Below, piece by piece: positions 36,974 through 41,544 of a stretch of 41,544 nt of DNA. The position numbers and the translations under genes were made by a program. The DNA lies in contig JBBIVV010000002.1 in assembly GCA_037439545.1 (NCBI GenBank), positions 66,559 through 108,102 on the forward strand, given 5' to 3'. Below the pieces are notes generated by a model, which saw only the letters and a program-made list of their open reading frames with translations, did no database searches and was not told the DNA's origin. The DNA is from a bacterium (GTDB lineage: Bacteria > JAMCPX01). How positions within the stretch are numbered: position 1 is the first letter of the stretch; every line of letters starts with the position of its first letter.

Positions 36974-39583
36974 ATGAAATTATACACGAAATCTTATACG
37001 ATGAAAATGGAGAACATGCCCATCATCGGCAACAGGTACCAAAAGATAGAGGCATTTAACCTGAAGAACGGGCTCAGGGTTTTTTACGAATACGTGCCCG
37101 ACACGCCTCTTGTTTCCATACAGGCATGGGTCAATACAGGCAGTGCAGACGAGCCGGTAAAGGTTGCAGGTATATCCCATCTCATAGAGCACATGTTCTT
37201 CAAAGGCACGTCAAATAAGCACATCGCCGTGATAGCAAAAGAAATTGAGGCACTCGGAGGCTACATCAATGCATTTACTTCTTTCGAGGAAACGGTTTTT
37301 TACCTGACCCTGAGAAACGATTACTTTAAAAAGGCAATGGATGTGCTCGGAAAGACGATTATCAATCCATCCTTCGATGAAAATGAATTAAAGATGGAAA
37401 AAGAGGTCGTGCTCGATGAGATCAAGCGGGGCAAGGACGACACCTATCATACCATGTTTCTTAATCTTTATAATATCGCATATAAAGACCACCCTTACGG
37501 CAGGCCTATCATAGGTTACGACACGACGGTTAAAAACTTAACGCGGGACGATATATTCGCATATTATAAACACTGGTACACGCCTTCGAATATCAACCTT
37601 GTCATCGTAGGCGATGTGCCGCGTAATCAGGTCGAACAAATGATATCCACCCTGTTCGGAGACATAAAAAACAACGGCATTATAAAACACATACGGCCTT
37701 CGATACCGGAACAAAGAGGGCAGGGGAATACCATACAAAAGCTCGATGTCAAGGATACTTATTACGCTATGGGTTTCCTGACGCCCCCTGTGTCAAAGGA
37801 TGAAAGCTTTGCACTCGAGGTCCTGTCATACATCCTCGGCGGCAACGATACCTCGAGACTGCCCCGCATAGTAAGAAAAGAAAATGGACTCGTCGACAGC
37901 ATATCCGTCTACCATTCTGCAAACCGGTATTCCGGATTTTTCAGCGTGAGCGGCACGACAGAGCCTGAGAAGCTCAACAAGGCACTCGATCTTATTATGA
38001 ACACGGTCTCGGACGTCCGGCTTCAATTGCCGACGCAGGAGGAATTGAACCGCGCCAAACAAATGCTGAAGAGCATGTTCGTCTACGATCTGGAAACCGT
38101 AAAACAACGGGCGGTAAAGATAGGCGAGGCTGTCGTAGAGATGGGCGGATTGGATTATATCACCGATTACACAAAAAAGATCGAGAGCGTTACCGTTGAG
38201 CACATAGAGGATGTAATCGAACGGTATCTCAATCAGGACAGGCTGAATATTTCCGCCGTTGTTCCTCAGAATCATGCGTACAGTAAAAAACGCATCAACA
38301 GTGTTCACGCGTCACGTGCGGCACTTGATTTCAAGCTCGAGCACGCAGGCGATATCGTCAGGGCGACCTTCGAGAACGGCATGCGCATAGTCGTAAAAGA
38401 AAAACACACGATACCTGCCATAGCATTGTTTTCAATCTTCCATGGCGACATGACGGAAGAACCTCCGGATAAGACCGGACTTGTCAACCTTATGTCAATC
38501 CTGCTGAAAAAGGGCACTCATTTAAGGAAGGAAAGCGACATAGAACGGGAGAGTGACAATATGTCGGGCATGTTCAGCTCTATAAGGACCAAGCAGTCTT
38601 TGGGCATAACCGGTGAGTTCCTGAACACGTATGTCGATGACGGCCTGAACCTGTTTTCCGATATGCTTCTGCATCCGGTTTTCGAAGCTGATCTGATACA
38701 GAGGACAAAGAAGGACATCATTGGCGACATAAAGGTTGAAAAGGACGACATAGGCTTTCAGGCAAAAAAAGCCTTCATCAAGCTTATGTACGGCCAGACA
38801 TCCCTGAGCCTGTCTGAAAAGGGGAATGAAGCCACGATCAAAAAAATCACACGGCCTGACCTCGCGACTGTTTACGAAAAGCTTGTCAACAGCAGGAACG
38901 GCGTCGTTGCCATAGTCGGTGATATGGACAAGATGGAGATGGTAAATAAAATCGGAAGATATTTGGCCGGCTTCAGAACAGGCAGGAGCTATCCAGCACC
39001 TGCGCAGGTCATAGGGGAACCGGTCCATACGGTAAAGATGGAAAAATACAGGATGAAGAAGAACCAGGCGCACATTATAACAGGTATGCTCACCATCCCG
39101 GCAAACAGCAGGGACAGGTTTGCACTGCTCCTGCTGGATCAGATCCTCGGCGGGCAGAGCGGGCGGTTGTTCGAGGAACTGCGGGACAAACGGGGCATCT
39201 GCTATGCGGTGCAGACGATCGGAGAAGCCAAGCTGAACAATAAAGGTTGGTTCGGCATATACATGTCGACGTCCCCGGAAAAGGTTGATGCGTCTTTAAA
39301 GATCATAACAGCCGAGCTTGAAAGGCTCTACCGTAAAGGTATCGACGACATGGAGCTCGAGAACAGCAAGCGTTATATTCTTTCCGATTACGACCGGCGC
39401 CAGCAGATGGCATTGAGCGTGGCAGGTATGCTCGCATACAATGAACTGTTCGACCGCAACATAGAGTACTACAATAAAATGCCGCAGTTCATAAAGCAGG
39501 TGACCAGGGCTGACATCAATGCCGTCATAAAAAAATACTTTTCTCCGGACAGGTTCACGACGCTTGCGCTTATGCCGCGCTGA
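36974..39583 (+). CDS. M16 (pitrilysin/PqqL-like) zinc peptidase, two-unit fusion
   Basis: Inverted zincin motif HLIEH, NAFTS, E..VV.DE, HPYGRP; second unit lacks HxxEH but has RLF.ELR...G.CY; AAGGAG SD. Confidence 0.92.
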   Translation: MKLYTKSYTMKMENMPIIGNRYQKIEAFNLKNGLRVFYEYVPDTPLVSIQAWVNTGSADEPVKVAGISHLIEHMFFKGTSNKHIAVIAKEIEALGGYINAFTSFEETVFYLTLRNDYFKKAMDVLGKTIINPSFDENELKMEKEVVLDEIKRGKDDTYHTMFLNLYNIAYKDHPYGRPIIGYDTTVKNLTRDDIFAYYKHWYTPSNINLVIVGDVPRNQVEQMISTLFGDIKNNGIIKHIRPSIPEQRGQGNTIQKLDVKDTYYAMGFLTPPVSKDESFALEVLSYILGGNDTSRLPRIVRKENGLVDSISVYHSANRYSGFFSVSGTTEPEKLNKALDLIMNTVSDVRLQLPTQEELNRAKQMLKSMFVYDLETVKQRAVKIGEAVVEMGGLDYITDYTKKIESVTVEHIEDVIERYLNQDRLNISAVVPQNHAYSKKRINSVHASRAALDFKLEHAGDIVRATFENGMRIVVKEKHTIPAIALFSIFHGDMTEEPPDKTGLVNLMSILLKKGTHLRKESDIERESDNMSGMFSSIRTKQSLGITGEFLNTYVDDGLNLFSDMLLHPVFEADLIQRTKKDIIGDIKVEKDDIGFQAKKAFIKLMYGQTSLSLSEKGNEATIKKITRPDLATVYEKLVNSRNGVVAIVGDMDKMEMVNKIGRYLAGFRTGRSYPAPAQVIGEPVHTVKMEKYRMKKNQAHIITGMLTIPANSRDRFALLLLDQILGGQSGRLFEELRDKRGICYAVQTIGEAKLNNKGWFGIYMSTSPEKVDASLKIITAELERLYRKGIDDMELENSKRYILSDYDRRQQMALSVAGMLAYNELFDRNIEYYNKMPQFIKQVTRADINAVIKKYFSPDRFTTLALMPR

Positions 39584-39592
39584 GAGAGGGAA

Positions 39593-39669
39593 TGTCATTG
39601 CGAGGAATGAAATGACGAAGCAATCTCTCCGTATACCGTGGGATTGCTTCGCTATCGCTCGCAATGACA
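39593..39669. repeat. Palindromic intergenic repeat of the GTCATTGCGAG...CTCGCAATGAC type
   Basis: 12-bp perfect terminal IR (39593-39604 / 39658-39669) enclosing a 10-bp perfect IR CGAAGCAATC / GATTGCTTCG. Confidence 0.8.
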
Positions 39670-39717
39670 CCCCCCCGGATCATTGCAATTCCAGTGACAA
39701 GCTATTAGTAAGGCCCT

Positions 39718-40308
39718 ATGGTACAGAGTATGGGTAAAATCATATTCCTCGACAGGGACGGAACTATAAACAAAGAGGACGGCTATATCACGAAGCCGGA
39801 TCAGCTCAAGCTCTATGACGGCACGATAACCGCTTTAAAAATGCTCGATGAAATGGGTTACAGGATCGTCATCGTTTCCAATCAGGCAGGCGTCGGCAGG
39901 GGGCTTTTGACCGAGGCAAAACTGCAGGAAATAAACGCCGCACTGCTCGGCACCCTGAAAGATCACGGGATAGAGATAGAAAAGCTGTATTACTGTCCCC
40001 ATCACCCCGATGCGGTTGTCCCTGAGTATAAAAAGGACTGCGAATGCAGGAAGCCGAAGACCGGCATGATCCTGCGTGCAAGTGCCGAATTGGACGTTCG
40101 GGTGCAGGGGGCGTATATGATAGGAGATAAGCTGACGGACATCGAGCTTGCCCATAACTTCGGAGGCAGGGGCATACTCCTGCTGACGGGATACGGCACC
40201 AAGGAAAGGGGGCATCTTGACGGCAAACCGTATGCGCCCGTTTACATAGCAAAAGATATTATCGATGCAGTAAACTGGATAAGAAATCAACCCCCAAAAA
40301 ACTCTTGA
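39718..40308 (+). CDS. gmhB: D-glycero-D-manno-heptose 1,7-bisphosphate phosphatase (HAD IIIA)
   Basis: FLDRDGTIN, VSNQAG, Zn site CPHHP...CECRKP, MIGDK..D motifs. Confidence 0.88.
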   Translation: MVQSMGKIIFLDRDGTINKEDGYITKPDQLKLYDGTITALKMLDEMGYRIVIVSNQAGVGRGLLTEAKLQEINAALLGTLKDHGIEIEKLYYCPHHPDAVVPEYKKDCECRKPKTGMILRASAELDVRVQGAYMIGDKLTDIELAHNFGGRGILLLTGYGTKERGHLDGKPYAPVYIAKDIIDAVNWIRNQPPKNS

Positions 40309-40332
40309 CATGATTTTTGGGTTGTGTATACT
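40305..40332 (+). promoter_or_regulatory. Putative sigma70 promoter for the small peptide gene
   Basis: TTGACA 40305-40310, 16 bp spacer, TATACT 40327-40332. Confidence 0.6.
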
Positions 40333-40353
40333 GTAAGAAAAAAGGGGCTCAAA

Positions 40354-40548
40354 ATGTCAGAAAAAAAGTTAAAGACGATTACAGTCAAACCTGAGAAATT
40401 GGAAGTCACTGGTGTTTCTCATTCGAACCGCGGGGGCAAAAAGGCATTCATTGAACCGGAACTGAGAGAGTATCCTTCTCTGAAAGAAGTAACATTGTTG
40501 ACTGTGCCGGCTGTTTCCGGGGCAACATTTTTCAAAACATTTAAGTAA
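40354..40548 (+). CDS. 64-aa peptide with lasso/RRE-type leader motif; putative RiPP precursor
   Basis: ATG 40354 after AGGGG. KKAFIEPELREYPSLKEVT has the spacing of YxxPxLxxxGxxxxxT. Flanked by a promoter and terminator. Confidence 0.65.
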   Translation: MSEKKLKTITVKPEKLEVTGVSHSNRGGKKAFIEPELREYPSLKEVTLLTVPAVSGATFFKTFK

Positions 40549-40554
40549 TAATTT

Positions 40555-40582
40555 AAAGTCCTGCTACGGCGGGACTTTGTTT
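40555..40582 (+). terminator. Intrinsic terminator-like hairpin after the peptide gene
   Basis: AAAGTCCTGC-TACG-GCGGGACTTT: 10-bp stem with one G-U pair and a UNCG loop, followed by GTTT. Confidence 0.7.
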
Positions 40583-40679
40583 ATAAATATATGAATGCAA
40601 AAAGTACAGTTAATGTGAAAAAAAATGCAAGACCCGCGAAAGTCGGGATTCCGCCGGTGGCGGAAAAAAGGAGGAACAA

Positions 40680-41544
40680 ATGTATACAACAATCAAAAAA
40701 CAAAGTCTCTTCTCTGTGACGAGGTATCTCTTATTACCGATTATGATTTTAGGCACCGCTATCTTACTCTCTCGTTGCGGCAGCGGAACATCACCTGCAC
40801 CGTCTTACAGCGGCCCGGTACTTATTGGTGCAGCAAATGTAAATATCAATCCGGGTAGCTCTCAACCGATGACTATTGAAAATTTCTATCCGCCCAGTAT
40901 TACACCCCCAGCAGCCTCAGGATTTTCGGTTACGATCCAGAATACATCTGTCGTATGGTTAACCGGCAGCACAATAGCAGGCTGGGTAACTATAAAGAAC
41001 GTTTCTGCGAATGCCACACTAACAGGTGTTCTTGTCACAGCACAGACAGGTCCATCGACAATGACAATCCTCAATGCTGATTATGGAAACGGCTACTGGT
41101 CGCAAAACCCAACCGCAGGTCCATGGGCATGGTGGTTCTACCAGGGTGCTTCTCCGAACTTTAATATCCCTGTAGGCAGCACATCAAATCCAAAGCTGTG
41201 GCAATTCAGCAATTCTGTAGGCGGTAACTACTCATTTAAGGTTTATATCTATGCATTCTGTCCATCCGGCGTTGTCGTGAACAGGGTCAATTTTGCGAAT
41301 ACAGCGGTGCCGAATGCATTCGTCATGCTTGGAAACAGCCCGGGTGATACAAACTACTGGGCGCAGAACAACCAGACAGGCGATGTGGTCAACTACCTTG
41401 CTGCAACGGACGCAAACGGATACTTTGCACTGCCTATCACAACGGTTGTCGGACCGGTTGGTGCAACTTCCATAACATACACAGTCGGCGCCATGGGCAC
41501 GGGTTCAGGTATAAATGCTCAATTTGCCAACTTCACACTCTGGG
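40680..41544 (+). CDS. Exported Ser/Thr/Gly/Asn-rich protein, probable surface lipoprotein (3' truncated)
   Basis: Not in ORF track. AGGAGG SD at 40669-40674 and a frame open to the window end: MYTTIKKQSLFSVTRYLLLPIMILGTAILLSRCGSGTSPAPSYSGPVLIG... Segment VPNAFVML...ATDANGYFALP resembles carboxypeptidase-regulatory-like beta-sandwich repeats. Confidence 0.8.
   Translation, partial: MYTTIKKQSLFSVTRYLLLPIMILGTAILLSRCGSGTSPAPSYSGPVLIGAANVNINPGSSQPMTIENFYPPSITPPAASGFSVTIQNTSVVWLTGSTIAGWVTIKNVSANATLTGVLVTAQTGPSTMTILNADYGNGYWSQNPTAGPWAWWFYQGASPNFNIPVGSTSNPKLWQFSNSVGGNYSFKVYIYAFCPSGVVVNRVNFANTAVPNAFVMLGNSPGDTNYWAQNNQTGDVVNYLAATDANGYFALPITTVVGPVGATSITYTVGAMGTGSGINAQFANFTLW

Noticed and set aside
40354..40548. 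Classification as a true lasso peptide
   Set aside because: The predicted core has no Asp/Glu for the macrolactam and no cyclase or B proteins are in the window.
40626..40665. GAAA-loop hairpin before the surface protein resembling part of a c-di-GMP-I riboswitch
   Set aside because: No GACGCAAA junction, tetraloop receptor or P1 stem is visible.
40625..40858. 77-aa ORF from the track
   Set aside because: Overlaps, in another frame, the better supported ORF starting at 40680 that has an AGGAGG SD and signal peptide.

Overview
Bacterial chromosomal segment, mostly housekeeping genes. The ispE-spoVG-tRNA-Gln-prs-rplY-pth-ychF and parA-parB-bactofilin gene orders suggest a deltaproteobacterial-type lineage (inference). 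From left to right: a truncated KID/hendecad-repeat coiled-coil gene missed by the ORF track; a GT-C-like membrane protein coupled to a cobalamin-dependent radical SAM enzyme; a C26 amidohydrolase and a putative Ni/Co transporter; a long minus-strand run (membrane PHP protein, purS-purQ-purL-purF-pyrE, lipoprotein, exbB-exbD, GT2, gmd); class II RNR nrdJ with tandem NrdR boxes; a GH31 lipoprotein; an ankyrin protein; an MBL hydrolase and acyl-CoA ligase; pmbA-PP2C-pyk; the parA-to-ychF run; a GGQ release-factor-like gene, pncC, an M16 peptidase and gmhB. The best candidate for an undescribed system is at the right edge. A 64-aa peptide carries a lasso/RRE-type leader motif but a core that cannot form a lasso ring, has its own promoter and terminator, and precedes a large Ser/Thr/Asn-rich exported protein that runs off the window. 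Several small palindromic repeat elements are scattered through the window, one apparently inserted in frame inside a gene. No CRISPR array, rRNA, transposase or integrase was seen.
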